Source: Hemiscyllium ocellatum (Eukaryota). From it: a stretch of DNA of 64,000 nt. Every line of letters begins with the position of its first letter. The stretch's first letter is position 1. Below, in pieces: positions 36,183-48,255 of the stretch. Made by a program: the position numbers and the translations under genes. Below the pieces are notes generated by a model. It ran no database searches and was not told the DNA's origin. It saw only the letters and a program-made list of their open reading frames with translations. The stretch covers positions 23,224,117-23,288,116 of the forward strand of contig NC_083410.1 of NCBI RefSeq assembly GCF_020745735.1, read 5' to 3'.

Positions 36183-36474
36183 CTGTCAGTAGGAGAAAAA
36201 AAAACCACAGAACTTTGTTGGAATGCAAAGTAAAATCTAATTCATAAATGATTATTTCAGAAAACAGAAATACAATTTGGAACTATCGGGGGCAGAGAAA
36301 GTGGGAGGAGGAGAGTTCAATGATGCTTCTTGAAATTATCTTTTCAACTTTGGGCAAGTGAAGTCTTTTACGGACAGGCTTAATTTTCATGCACCACTCT
36401 CTAATATCTGCCAATATGACTGTTAAAATCCATGGAGAAATCGCTTGAAATCCCACTGCATTGTGTAAAGTTGT

Positions 36475-36892
36475 AATATTGTCTGTTCTGTACAGCTGCT
36501 TGATTTGCAGTCCATCCACAAATAATCATTCCTACCATCATTGACATTCAGGAACTGCAGCAGGTGTGATCTATTTAATGCACTGCAAAAACTCGACAAG
36601 GTTCCTTTGGCAGCATCTTCCAAACACATGACTACTAACATCTAAAAGGACAACAGCACCAGAAATATGGAAACACCACCACCAGCAAGTTCCCCTCCGA
36701 GTCACTATTCCTTCAGGGTCCCTGGATCAAGATCCTCCAACTCCCTCCCTAATAGCACAGTCGGTCTACCTACAGTACATTGACTTCAGCAGTTCAAGAA
36801 AGCAGCTCACCATCACCTTAAAGGCACTTAAGAGATGGGCAAAAAATATTGGTCCAGCAAGTGCTGCCCCTAATCCCATGAATGTATTAAAC
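36475..36892 (+). mobile_element. 3' end of a second LINE family (same as 61070-63130)
   Basis: aacaccaccaccagcaagttcccctcc and gcagttcaagaaagcagctcaccatcacctt match the reverse complement of 61080-61420. Confidence 0.75.
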
Positions 36893-38216
36893 AAAAGTAC
36901 AGAAACAAAGAGTTATTAACTACAAGTTGCCGTGAAACCAGATTTTCAAATTTCCATTTGCAAATTTCTCACAATTAAGTTCCTTTCCTTATTCTGAAAT
37001 TTTAATTGATAAATTTCACAGACAAACTCATCCACATTAAATATTACTTTTTGTTTCAATGGTTTCAACATCTGCAGTCAGTTCTTCTGACAATGTTTAC
37101 ATTCATAGCTGTACCTGTCAAAACAGGTAAATGTAAATTAAATGTAAACGTAAATCTGTATTTTTTGACCACTCCACTGCCGATCAAACTGTTCAACCGA
37201 GGTGAAATATCTACCAACTCGACCCTAAGTCAGTGAAGGCAGGATGCACAGTTAAATCAAACCCAGCATTGAAATCAGAATCAGCCTCTGAGCTACTGTC
37301 ACATTTTTCTCTAAACTTTTCTTTGGCTAAGCCACGTTGTCCGATTTCCTTATCTATCTAAAGTTCAAGCTTTTTAAATACTACTTTTGTGTTCTTTTGT
37401 TTCTTCAATAATCATTTTAAGCATCTCATCCTTATATGATCCTGCTTTAATTTCCACTTCCAATTTATCTGCTAACTATTCATTATAGAGACTCAAGTCC
37501 AGAGAAATTATACCACATTAGGTGCAGGAACACAAACGGACAAAGTGGCAGTTACCAGGAACCTCAACTGTGTTTTCTGTTTGAAAATATTTTCTGGTGT
37601 TTGCAGCCTTGTCCAGCTGCTCCCTCTGCCTGGGCAAAATCTCACCAATTGTTGATCTGACAAGTGACTGTCCATCATCAGCACTGTCCTTCACCACAGT
37701 GAATGATGGGCAGGCATCAGAGAGGCACTACACTGGGGAGGAGAGGTCTGCCTCAACGCCAACTTCTCGCCCGCAATTTCCTTCCCAATCCTTCCTGTGC
37801 CAGCAGTTAGGTGCAGTCCACGCATGCTCAGGCACTGATGTCACTGCATTTGGAATGCGATGACACCAATGATGCATGTCCAGATTCAGTCTGTGGCCTG
37901 TTGCGGTTAGCTGACAGTGTGGCCCACCTCTGCACATGCGCAGGTATCATTTTGGCATTTGGAATAACCATTTCATTTTCCAAAATATTTTAAACAGTGC
38001 AATAAGGGAACCATATTTCAATAAAGTAGGATTTTAGGTACTGAAAACAGATAATTGGTTGAGAAAACCTTTTTGATTCATGTCAATCCTCTGTCGCCTT
38101 CCTCACTCAATCCTCCTGCTTCAGGACCATGGGAGGATAAGCTATCTGTACTTTAGACTCAAGTGCAGACTAATTCCTGATAGTTAGCTGTCCACTTTGA
38201 AAAGCCTGGTCTTTAC

Positions 38217-38447
38217 CTTTTCATTGTTGGTTGCTGAAGTAGTAGCCTTGGTCACATGCTGCTCAAAAAGAAGCAACAGGAGAGTCCAAAGGAAGCGTTC
38301 CGCACTCACTGTGTTGATGAGCTGTGAAAGGATGGGTACTCTCCTGTGCTCGGGTACATGTGGCATAGCATCTACAAACACATGGATGATTTTTGTAACA
38401 ACATTTTCCACATTCTGCTTCGTTTCTGCAGAACCTTCATCATCAGC
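38217..38447 (-). CDS. HEATR1: HEATR1 exon
   Basis: gcag|GCT...AAG|gtaaag, 231 nt; ..IIHVFVDAMPHVPEHRRVPILSQLINTVSAERFLW.. Confidence 0.96.
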
Positions 38448-38714
38448 CTGCAAAAAAAATATAAACAAGAAGCCAAAATCATAAAAAGAAAACAAGCTTA
38501 TTTATAGCACAGTGAATGATGGTACTCAGTCTCCACCTGTAACTTTGCCTTTTTCCTTTAAACAACAGATTTTAAAAACAGTGCCACTCCACCCACTGAC
38601 CCCATGGAATCAATACTTGTTAAGATAAGCAACACATTACACAACATGTTACCATCTTTATCAGGAAAAAAACAGTGAAATAGGTGTCAGTAATGCTGTG
38701 AAATTTCTTAACTT

Positions 38715-38910
38715 AAATGACCTATCTTTAAATGATCACTCCTAACCAATATCACAGATGAAAAATAATCTGGGTTTTATCACATTGGTATTTACAAGAG
38801 TTTGTTATGCATGTATTGGTTGCTGCAGTTCCTAAAGTGACAATACTTCAAAATGTTCTTCATTGGTTATAAAGCTTGGAAGTTGCGACATAAATAGAAG
38901 GTTTCTTTAA
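38715..38910 (+). mobile_element. DeuSINE-like 3' fragment
   Basis: Clear homology to 40960-41150 (ctcctaaccaa..aaagtgacaatacttcaaaat..ttcattgg). Confidence 0.65.
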
Positions 38911-39841
38911 AATACATTTTATACACTACATAAAACGATCTCAAAGACTGCTTCCAACCACTTGCAGTTTGGAATAACCATTGCATGAGTTGGCAACAGG
39001 GCTACAAGTTCTAGAAATACATCACATCAATAAACAATAACTATCCCGCAGCAGAACCAACCACAAAATATTAGATCTATTTCCAATATATTTCCTAGTT
39101 TTTCAAGTTTTACTCATCAAAAATTATTCTTGCCTGTGTAAGGACAACAGTATGCATAATTATAAGCATTGCCAGCACAGACTACTATTCTGTAGTTATA
39201 AAGCACCTAAGTGGCATTGAATAAGTATCTGGGGGCTCTGGCAGCTTCTTAATGCGTTTATCTGTAAGTCTTCGTTGCCATAAAGCTTATTACTTGAATT
39301 CCCTTCCTGAAGATACTGATTTCCTTATGGGAAAGTTGTCCTACAGGTACCAATTATTTTGCTGGCTCTTCACCAACATGCGCAATATTGACACAACAGT
39401 AAATATCAATGAGCTTTCTAACAGCAGAAGACACCACAATTAAGCTCAATCCTGTGATCATGCAGACGTATTTACAACAGACACTGTTGTGTTGCCATCA
39501 AGGCAAATTTTTCCCTTCCAAATCTTGGGATGGTCAATTATAGTATTCCACTGATACTGTGGAGCCAAAGAGAGATCAGAAAGTGGACCACAACAATACA
39601 CACACAGTCCAATGTCAATATACAGGAATTGTAAGGTAATTATACTGGAGGCATACAGCATGGCTTTGACAATTAAAACTCTAATAACACTTAAAGAGAA
39701 TAATCCTATTGAAAAAGATGAAATGTCAAAAGAAAATTGTCAAAATAACCTAGAGAAGAGATGGCATTTAAAAAAAAAATCTTATGACAAGAGGTAGATA
39801 CAGATCTAGTGGTAATTTTCAAAAGACAACTACAGAGGAAC

Positions 39842-40074
39842 TAGGAGAAAGTGAGGACTGCAGATGCTGGAGATCAGAGCTGAAAAATGTGCTGCTGGAA
39901 AAGCACAACAGGTCAGGTAGCATCCATGGAGCAGGAGAATCGACGTTTCGGGCATAAGCCCTTCTTCAGGAATGAGGAAGGTCATTCCTGAAGAAAGGCT
40001 TATGCCCGAAATGTCAATTCTCCTGCTCCTTGGATGCTGCCTGACCTGTTGCGCTTTTCCAGCAGCACAGTTTT
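39842..40074. mobile_element. Short palindromic Penelope-pLTR-derived element with two hammerhead motifs
   Basis: Arms pivot on gaatgaggaaggtcattc. Intact core CTGAAGA-A-GGGC-TTAT-GCCC-GAAA-CGTC on - at 39942-39969. 15 bp direct repeat caactacagaggaac at 39827-39841 and 40075-40089. Confidence 0.88.
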
Positions 40075-40080
40075 CAACTA

Positions 40081-40233
40081 CAGAGGAACCTCGATTATCC
40101 AGCATTCGATTATTTGGATTATCTGAACAAGATCGTACGCTCCCGATGCTTGGCTACACTCTGTTACCCGGCATTCGATTAACAGAACAAAGTAGTACCC
40201 GTCCGGGTCCTTCAGATAATCGAGGTTCCTCTG
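40081..40233. mobile_element. Tc1/mariner (pogo/Tigger-type) MITE
   Basis: TA-cagaggaacctcgattatc ... gataatcgaggttcctctg-TA: perfect 19 bp TIRs. Confidence 0.88.
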
Positions 40234-40299
40234 TACAAAATGCACATACACTCAAATTGGGAAAATATACTGGACAAATAGGGAAAAAGTATTTTTAAG

Positions 40300-40632
40300 A
40301 AGTTATGAGTTGTGGGCATTGCTAGCCAGGCTAGCTTTCATAGCCTATCCTAACGTCCAAAGGGCAGTTAAAAGCCAAGCATTTATGATGGATTTGCAAT
40401 CACATGTAGGCCAGGCCAGGTAAGGATGCCAAATTTCTTCCCCAGATGACATTAGTGAATCAAATGGGCTTTTATAACAATCACCAATGGGTAGTCTAGC
40501 TTTTCTTTTACAGCTTTTTAGCAAATCCAAATTTCATCATTTGCAGTGGTGTGGTTTGAACTCGTGCCCCACAATATTAGATTGGGGTTCAGGATTACTA
40601 GTCCAGTGCATTACACCTACGACACCATCTCC
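40300..40632 (-). mobile_element. SINE-like element, second family
   Basis: Minus strand has a tRNA-like head (tggtgtcgtaggtgtaatgcactggactagtaatcc..gagttcaaacc). Homologous to 4285-4585. Confidence 0.65.
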
Positions 40633-40774
40633 CCCTTAACCTACATTAATTACATACTTGTTTTAAAGAGCCAGCAGAGGAATGATGAGCTGAAGTCTCC
40701 TTTTGCATTGTATGATTACACATAAAAGACTGCCTGTTTATCATGTGTTTGCCATGGTTAGGCTGGGAGCAGTC

Positions 40775-41150
40775 TGTCTCTGAAGTCAGAAGGTTATCAA
40801 TTATTCAAGTCCCATTGTAGGACTTACAACTAAAAAATCTAGCTGAAACTCCAGTTCAGAACTCCAGAACTGCTGGAGGTGACGCTTCCAGACAAATCAT
40901 TAAACTGAAGTCCTACCTGGCCTCTCATGTAAACGTAAAAGATGAAATGCTATCCTCACCAATAATTATCTCCTAACCAAAATCACAAATGAAAATGATC
41001 TGGGGTTTATCATATTGGTGCTTGCCAAGACCTTGATGTGCCGAGATTGATTACTGCATTTTGTACATTAAAAAAGTGACAATACTTCAAAATATTCTTC
41101 ATTGGCTATAAAGCATGGAAATTGCTACATAAATACAATTTTTTCTTTTT
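40775..41150 (+). mobile_element. DeuSINE-like SINE (SacSINE1-like)
   Basis: gtcagaaggtt..ttcaagtccca..tctagctgaaactccagt..aacgtaaaagat..gtgacaatacttcaaaatattcttcattggctataaagc resembles the Deu-domain SINE consensus as I recall it; not aligned computationally. Confidence 0.6.
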
Positions 41151-41912
41151 ATATAAACACACCACTTTGTACATAAGCTTATACAATTATGAAGCTAGTA
41201 TATGAAAACCAATTTGTCTTGATTGTGCTGATAAATGGTAATTTTATGAATTACTAGTACAGCTGACTTTTTGCAGCACCCCTACAATTCCTTAGAAGCT
41301 AGAAAATAGGAACATGAAATATTAACTACATTCCTCAAAAGTACTGCCAGAAGCAGATACCTGCATGCCAATGAATTCTCATATGCCAAGCTACAAATAA
41401 ATGTACTGTATATGAACTAACAAGACTTTGTAATTCAGTGATGTGCACAAAGATCCAACCTATTCAAATATTTGTTACAGATTTCTCCTGAGTCCTCTGA
41501 CTCTGTCAGCTGTAGTTAGGGGCCAGAGGGTTTATTAAACTACACTCTTGCATGCTATGTCAATAAGCTTGGATAGAGAACATTAATAGGCTGTGTCTTC
41601 AGTTTCTGCTTAAGCTGAATTGACAATTCTGATGAATATCTGTTAGCAGTACCTAAACCAGGCATTGCTGAGATCATAGTTGGGATAAATAGAAATAATC
41701 CAAAGATTAGTCATGAAGATTTTAAGTGACAGGCTGTGACTATTTCCTTTGACAGCTTGTTTCACAGAAGGATTGTCCTTCGGAAGGAAGATTCTTGATA
41801 TAACACTGATGATTTCAACAGCCACAGCTAACTCCATCTTCACTCCCTAGAGCATAGGGAGAATTCTTTTTTCACACAGTAAAAACAAACAAAAAACTTC
41901 ATCATGACTTAC

Positions 41913-42041
41913 TTGAATAAGTGCTGGGATTACAGTCTGTACTGTCTTATTTATCACCTGGAAACTATAGCTATCATCCAGTCGCATCACATTAGCACCC
42001 ATGAAAGTAAAAATCGGCATGATATTATGGAGAACCTTGTC
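41913..42041 (-). CDS. HEATR1: HEATR1 exon
   Basis: gtag|GAC...CAA|gtaagt, 129 nt; DKVLHNIMPIFTFMGANVMRLDDSYSFQVINKTVQTVIPALIQ. Confidence 0.97.
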
Positions 42042-42661
42042 CTACAAAATAAATGCAAACAGAAACAAATCAAATATCAAAGTATAGTCTGCAGTAATCA
42101 AAGAGATCAATGAATTTAGGAGACAAAACATAGTCAAGGAGCATCACAAATACTGAGTGATGAATGCTTTAGTATTTGACAAAAACGCCAGGAATTATAA
42201 TTGGAAAGTGGATTGTATAAATACATTAGGAATAGAGAAAGTAACTAAAATTACATGAGAATCTAATCATGGACATCTGTACTTTTAAAATCCATACAAG
42301 TTGGAGATGCATAAAGGAAAAGAATATAAAGGCCCTATGTCCTTCCTCTCCAACATTCACCAAACTGTGAATGCACGTCATCCCAATGCTCTGTGTATCT
42401 CTTAATGCTGCTGCATCCCAAGACCCCGTCTCCATACCCCAGAACCTAGAACTGTCATGAAAGTTAGTAAATCGGTATCCCTCATAATATCCTTCAGAAG
42501 AAAGTTGCATTTATTTAACATGAGAACTTAGCTTTTATAAAAACCCTGATTCAACATAAGCTGAATCACAGGAAATTTGCTGACAGACAATATCTTCCAA
42601 AATGATTCAAAAAACCTTTGAAAATATTCTCAATTCCTCAATTGTAACAGGTTGCACTTAC

Positions 42662-42783
42662 AGGAAAAAATCCAGCAGCAGCACCCAGGAGCAGTAATGC
42701 ATGATGATGAGTCTGAGGCATATTAGAACCTCTGACACATTGAACAATTAGCTCCACATTAAACTTCTCTTCATCAAGGACAT
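42662..42783 (-). CDS. HEATR1: HEATR1 exon
   Basis: acag|AT...CCT|gtaagt, 122 nt; VLDEEKFNVELIVQCVRGSNMPQTHHHALLLLGAAAGFFP. Confidence 0.97.
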
Positions 42784-42816
42784 CTGTGAACCCAAAGTTG
42801 AAAATAAGCCTCACAT

Positions 42817-42930
42817 AAAAGCAAAATACTATGGATACTGGAAATCTGAAACAAAAATAGAAACGCTGGAGAATTTCAGCAGATGCTAAGAGACCTGCTA
42901 AGTTTCTCCGGCATTTCCTCTTTTAATTTT
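42817..42930. mobile_element. Collapsed short inverted-repeat element (15432 family)
   Basis: aatactatggatactggaaatctgaaacaaaaatagaaacgctggagaatttcagcag / ctgctaagtttctccggcattt. Confidence 0.55.
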
Positions 42931-43229
42931 ATTTTTAAAATTAAAGTGAAACAACCTGCTCAAGTTTGAATATCAGTAACATTTCACACTTTTAAAAATG
43001 ATGACAAGTATCTATAAAAGTAAGACATTTTGTATGCTATTAAGTTTATAGTTCATTACATTTTAAAGATTGTAAAAAAAATTTTTGTTATCAATTTTCT
43101 CATTCATTCTATTCAATATAATGTCCTTAGCAAGTCTTAAAGGAAGCAAGAAAACTGTGAACTTCAAAGCGCATTCTAACAGAAAGGATATCACAAGCAA
43201 ACCTCAGGTATACATGCATGGGTATTACA

Positions 43230-43860
43230 CAATTGCTGTTGGTTAGCCATCAGGATAATGGCTTAATGTCTCATCCCCACAGCTTATTAACACTGCAAAT
43301 TGCAGCACCAACTTGGAGACCTCACCACCTCAACACCATTTCCCTTGAAGTCTTTAATATCTAGAAATTTATCTGTCTCACTCTCGAATACAATCACTGA
43401 GGCTCCAATCATCTTGGGTAGACATTGCCAAGATTCACTGGCTTCTGAGGGAAGAAATTTCTCTTTATTGCAGTTCTAAACAGTTTTCTTCAGAAGCTGA
43501 GTGTGTGCCCTTTGTCCTAGATGCAACAGTCAGGAGAGACATCCTTTGTTACATCTATCCTGTTGATCTCTGTAAGAAGAGTGTGTGTGAGTTTGTGTGT
43601 GTGAGTGAGTGAGTGTGCATGTGTGAGTGAGTGAGACTGCACAGGTACATCCTTCCTTAGGTAAGGAGACTAAAAGTATACACGATACTCCACATGTGGC
43701 CTCACCAAGACTTTATACAGCTACAGCAAGACCTCTTCATTCCTGTACCCTAACCTTCCTGCAATAAATACCCACATACCATTCCTAAATGCCTCCTGCA
43801 CCTGTCTGTTAGCTTCAACTAACAAAGACAACCAGCTCTCTTTGGACATCAATACCTCCT
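43230..43860 (-). mobile_element. Old CR1-type LINE fragment containing a (GT)n/(GAGT)n microsatellite at ~43579-43634
   Basis: catccttccttaggtaaggagac..tggcctcaccaag; homologous to the other CR1 3' regions in the window. Confidence 0.7.
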
Positions 43861-43959
43861 AATCTTAATCTTCTACGATTGTCACTCACGTTATAAGCAT
43901 CAAGAAAACCATGGTTTTTAGATAGTCTCACATTTTTGCCCTTGTTTAATCTAAATAAC

Positions 43960-44775
43960 ACACTGCAGGAAGTGGTCAGCAAATTCTGCTACCTTGGGTC
44001 CACTGTGACAGACAATTTAATGAATAATATGATACATGCATAGGGAAATCAGATGCCACCATGACAGACTCAAAGCATGCACGGAAACAATATTAAGCCA
44101 ATTCTTAGAACCAAAACTCTGGTTTCTGAGACTTTGTTCACGCCATTTGTTTTATGGCTGTGAAACAAGAATATTTACAAGAAATAAAACACTCAACTTC
44201 CATCTTCACTTGCAGTACGTTCTGGACAATCTTATGGAAGGACAAAATCACATATACAGCAGTCCTCTCCAAGACAAATCTCCCAACTACATTAGCACTC
44301 ATCAAGCAGACGTGACTTTGTTGGCTTGGGCATGCTTGCAGGATTGGAAGATAGCTGCATATCTAAAGATGGTCAGTCTGCCAAGGCAGCTAGAATAAGC
44401 CAGCTAGAAGGAAGTCCACATCTTCACTTTAAGGATGCTTACAAGCATGACATGAGGCCTGAAAAACTGATTTCTGCCCTTAAAGGACACAAACTGATGA
44501 TAGAAGAAAACATCTACATCACCTGTGGGCAGGCACATGCCATCATGACAATCAGTGGCTACAGCAGCTTGGCAACAGGTGCCAACACCAAACACAGCAA
44601 TGCATAACAACCAATCACCACACTTCCTAAATGCCATTTGTGGTATACCTTGCCTTTCACAATTGGTCTTCTCAACCATCAGCACAGAGTGCATCATATG
44701 AAGCAATACCAGCCCCATGGATTTGATTCGCTGCATGGCCATCATCTTGTGTAAATAGATGGATGCTGACAACAC
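43960..44775 (+). mobile_element. Degraded RTE-clade LINE 3' portion
   Basis: FCYLGSTVTD (RT domain 7), FYGCET, and a C-terminal CCHC-like CGIPCLSQ segment. Confidence 0.6.
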
Positions 44776-45666
44776 TATTTTTGTATGAAGTATGGTCAGT
44801 ACTTAGCACATAGTAAACCTCTTCATATTCCTCCTCTTTAAAACATTTATTCCTTAACTTTGAAAAGCACTGTAACTTGTACTGCTCATCACCCCATGAA
44901 GGACAGGCTTGTGATGTTTAATATTCACAAGTATTTAGAGAGACACTCAAGATTTATCTGTTCTCAAAGGAGCAGGTAAGAATGGTAGTTTTAAAAGCTC
45001 ACTGGCTTCAAAATGACACACTCACACAAGATGTCAATCCTTTGTGGGAGACCTGCCAGAACCTCAATACCACAGGATGCTGTTGAGGATTTGCCAACTA
45101 GATTGGTTTAATGTTGGGACCTGAGTAAGTTGAGCTGATTTTAGATGCTGCAATTTACTAAAGACTTCCAGGTAACCTTGAAAGACAATGACCCAACAGG
45201 TTGGGTGGTCCTATTTGGAGAAAAAAAAAGGAAGGTAACAAGATCCCTGTGCTGATATGCCATGCTGCTTTAGCTGTAAAGTGTAAAGAACTGCTTTACA
45301 GTATTCACACATCACAGTTTCTTGCCAACTTAAAACCAAATTCTCTGGGGCCTTTAGAAGATATTGCAGGTAAGCAGAAGCTATACTCGTGTGGATTCTT
45401 CAAAATATCAGTTTGAAGACTCTATCACAATGGCATGCTTCCAGCTGATCAAATATAACCAGTTCTCATTATATTTTGTTTTCATCTTTCTCATAATATC
45501 TCAAATTTGCATACAGAAACTTTATTTTAAGAAAAGCAAAGAAGCCCACTTTGTAATTGCAAATGCTTTTGATTCTGCATCATATTCACTTAAAACCAAT
45601 CTGAAATAATATGCAATGATAGCAGAACAAACCTACGGTTCAGACAAACTGTTACATTCTTCATAC

Positions 45667-45785
45667 CTTTGCTGATCCTTGTACCATCTGGTGATAGCTT
45701 TTGACAGAGGTTGAGTAAACAACTGAGGATCAACTGCTTTGTGTACTCCAGGCTGCCATCCTCAGACAGTGATGGATCCAGGCAC
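45667..45785 (-). CDS. HEATR1: HEATR1 exon
   Basis: ttag|G...AAAG|gtatga, 119 nt; CLDPSLSEDGSLEYTKQLILSCLLNLCQKLSPDGTRISK. Confidence 0.96.
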
Positions 45786-45879
45786 CTAAGTTATGACAAT
45801 GATTAACTGTTATACTCATTCAGAATTTTCTTAATGGTAGCCAAATACACAGCCATTCCATTTCCATACACAAATTAAT

Positions 45880-46590
45880 ATAACCTTTATTGAGCTTAGT
45901 TGAAACACTGCAACAGGCTCAGGATGGAAATATTAACATGGGAGCAAGGATATGTATTGAAGTGGCAGACAGATGGAAGGTCAAGATCATTTCTATGGAC
46001 AGAGTTCAGGTGTTCTGCAAAGCCACCCAGTCTGTCAGTCATCTCACTAAAGTAAAGGAGACTGTATTATGAGCAGAAAATCTAGTAGACTAGTTTGAAA
46101 GAAGTACAAGTAAACAGCTGCTTTATCTTGAAGGTGTGTTTGGGACATTGGGCAGTGTAGAAGATGCAATACATCTTCTGTGATTGCAATGCCAGTGCCC
46201 ACGTGAGGAATGTTGAGAACGATGGCGGATTGGATTAGGATGTTGGGGAGGGAATAGTCTCCATGGAATGCTGACAATTTGGGAGGGTTGGCGAAGGCAT
46301 CATGCTGAGGTGGCTTAAATGGCAGAGGATGATCCTTTGAATGTGGGGTAGAAGGTGAGGACATGGGGAACTCTATCACCGATATGTGAATGAGGGGAAG
46401 GGGTGAGAGGAGAAGGCTAAGGCTCTGTCAGGTTAGTTTTTTTGGGGAGAAGAGATGAGATCATGTCAGTCACCTCTGTGAAAAGTGACATTATGAGAAC
46501 AGATGTGATGGAAGTACTGGGAGAATAGTTAGATTCTGATGAAAGATGCTGCCTGACCTGATAAATATTTCCAGCATCTTCTCTTTTTAT
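45880..46590 (-). mobile_element. Old Penelope-like remnant (GIY-YIG) with a small inverted pLTR piece at 46535-46590
   Basis: Minus strand reads PKHTFKIKQLFTCTSFKLVY*IFCS*YSLLYFSE and SAFHGDYSL. On +, ctgatgaaagatgctgcctgacctg follows. Confidence 0.65.
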
Positions 46591-46649
46591 GTCAAACCTA
46601 CGGTTATTTCAAAACAGCCGAGTTTGTATTTGTCTCTGCATCTGTGATG

Positions 46650-48255
46650 CCTTATTCTTGAGAATGGATAACATTTGATAATACGTTAGGCTGCTTTTTG
46701 ACTTTTGATAAAGTTCTGAATGGGAGATTGATAGTGATAACCTTTAGGACCCAAGGAAATTTGGCTAACTGATTCCAGAAGTGGCTGAATGGCAACACAC
46801 AAAGGGTTATGGTTGAGTGTGTTTTCATAACTGAAAGCCTGTATCCAATGGGGTTCCACTGAATCAATGTTGGGCTCCTGCTGACTGTGGTATCCATAAA
46901 TGATTTAGATTTGAATAGATGAGGGTTGATCAGTATGGTTGATCATGGATGGTGCAAAATCTGGTGGGGTGGTAAATAGTGAGGTGGACAGCCTTATGTT
47001 ACAGGAGGATACAGACTGACTGGTTAGTGGCAAATGGAATTCAATCTGGATAAGCAAGGGATGATGCACTTACAAACTAGGCAAGGGAACACACTATGAA
47101 CAGCAAAACCCTGGAAAGAACTGAGGGTCAGAGAGACATTAGTGCGCATGTCTACAAGCCCCTTAAGGTAGCAGGACATTGTTAAGTGGTTAAGAATGTA
47201 TACAGGATACTTGCCTTTATTAGCTGAGGCATAGAGTTTAAGAGCAGAGAGGAAACGCTGGAACTGAAGAAACATTGGTTAGATCACAGCTAGAGAATCG
47301 TATGCAGTTCTTGAATCCACATTATAGGTGGGAAATTATATTGGAGAGGAGTTTTACCAGGATGTTGCCTCACTGGTGAGTTTTAGTTATGAAAAGAATC
47401 TGTATAGATTGGGGATGTTTGCCTTGATGCAGAAGGGTAAAAAGTGAGGTCTGCAGATGCTGGAGATCAGAGCTGAAAATGTGTTGCTGGTTAAAGCACA
47501 GCGGGTTAGGCAGCATCCAAGGAACAGGAAATTCGACGTTTCGGGCCAGAGCCTGATGTTTCCTGATGAAGGACTCTGGCCCGAAACATCGAATTTCCTG
47601 TTCCTTGGATGCTGCCTAACCTTTTGACGCAGAAGGGACTGACGTGGAAGATAATTGAGATGCATAAAATTATGAGGGGCATAGACAGGAAGTAATTTTT
47701 TTTTCCTGATGGAGGAATCAATGACTGGGGCTTAAATTTATGGTCAGGGCAGGAAGTTTAGACAGAACGTGAGGAAATATTTTTCACCTAGAGAGTGGAT
47801 GGCATTTGGAACTCATTTACAGCTTTAAATTAAGGGGTGGTAGGTATAGGACAGATGTTAGGGGTAGATTCTTTACACAGCGGGTTGTGAGTTCATGGAA
47901 TGCCCTGCCAGTAGCAGTGGTGAACTCTCCTTCTTTAGGGTCATTTAAGCAGGCATTGGATAGGCATTTGGAAGTTATTGGGCTAGTGTAGGTTAGGTAG
48001 GATTCGGTCGGCGCAACATCGAGGGCCGAAGGACCTGTACTGCGCTGTATCTTTCTATGTTCTATGTCTCTAAGGATGGCAGAAGCAGAAACCTTCAGGA
48101 CATCTAAAAAGGTACTTAGATTTGCAATGCCAAGGCCTTCAAAACTCGGGCCAAGTGCTGAAAATTAAGAATACTTAAGTGCTTGTTTTTGACCATTGCA
48201 GGATTGATGGGCTGAGGGGCCTCTTTCTCAGCTGTGGGCCTCTAAAACTCTATGC
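46650..48255 (+). mobile_element. Old CR1-type LINE carrying nested insertions (47438-47623 palindrome; CR1 3' end at ~47815-48066)
   Basis: WQMEFN-like tggcaaatggaattcaat; FFTQRVVSSWNALP; ttctatgttctatg tail. Confidence 0.75.
47438..47623. mobile_element. Short palindromic hammerhead-bearing element (39842 family)
   Basis: Near-perfect arms ggttaggcagcatccaaggaacaggaaattcga / tcgaatttcctgttccttggatgctgcctaacc. CTGATGA at 47563 and GAAA at 47583. 14 bp direct repeat with one mismatch at 47424-47437 and 47624-47637. Confidence 0.85.
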
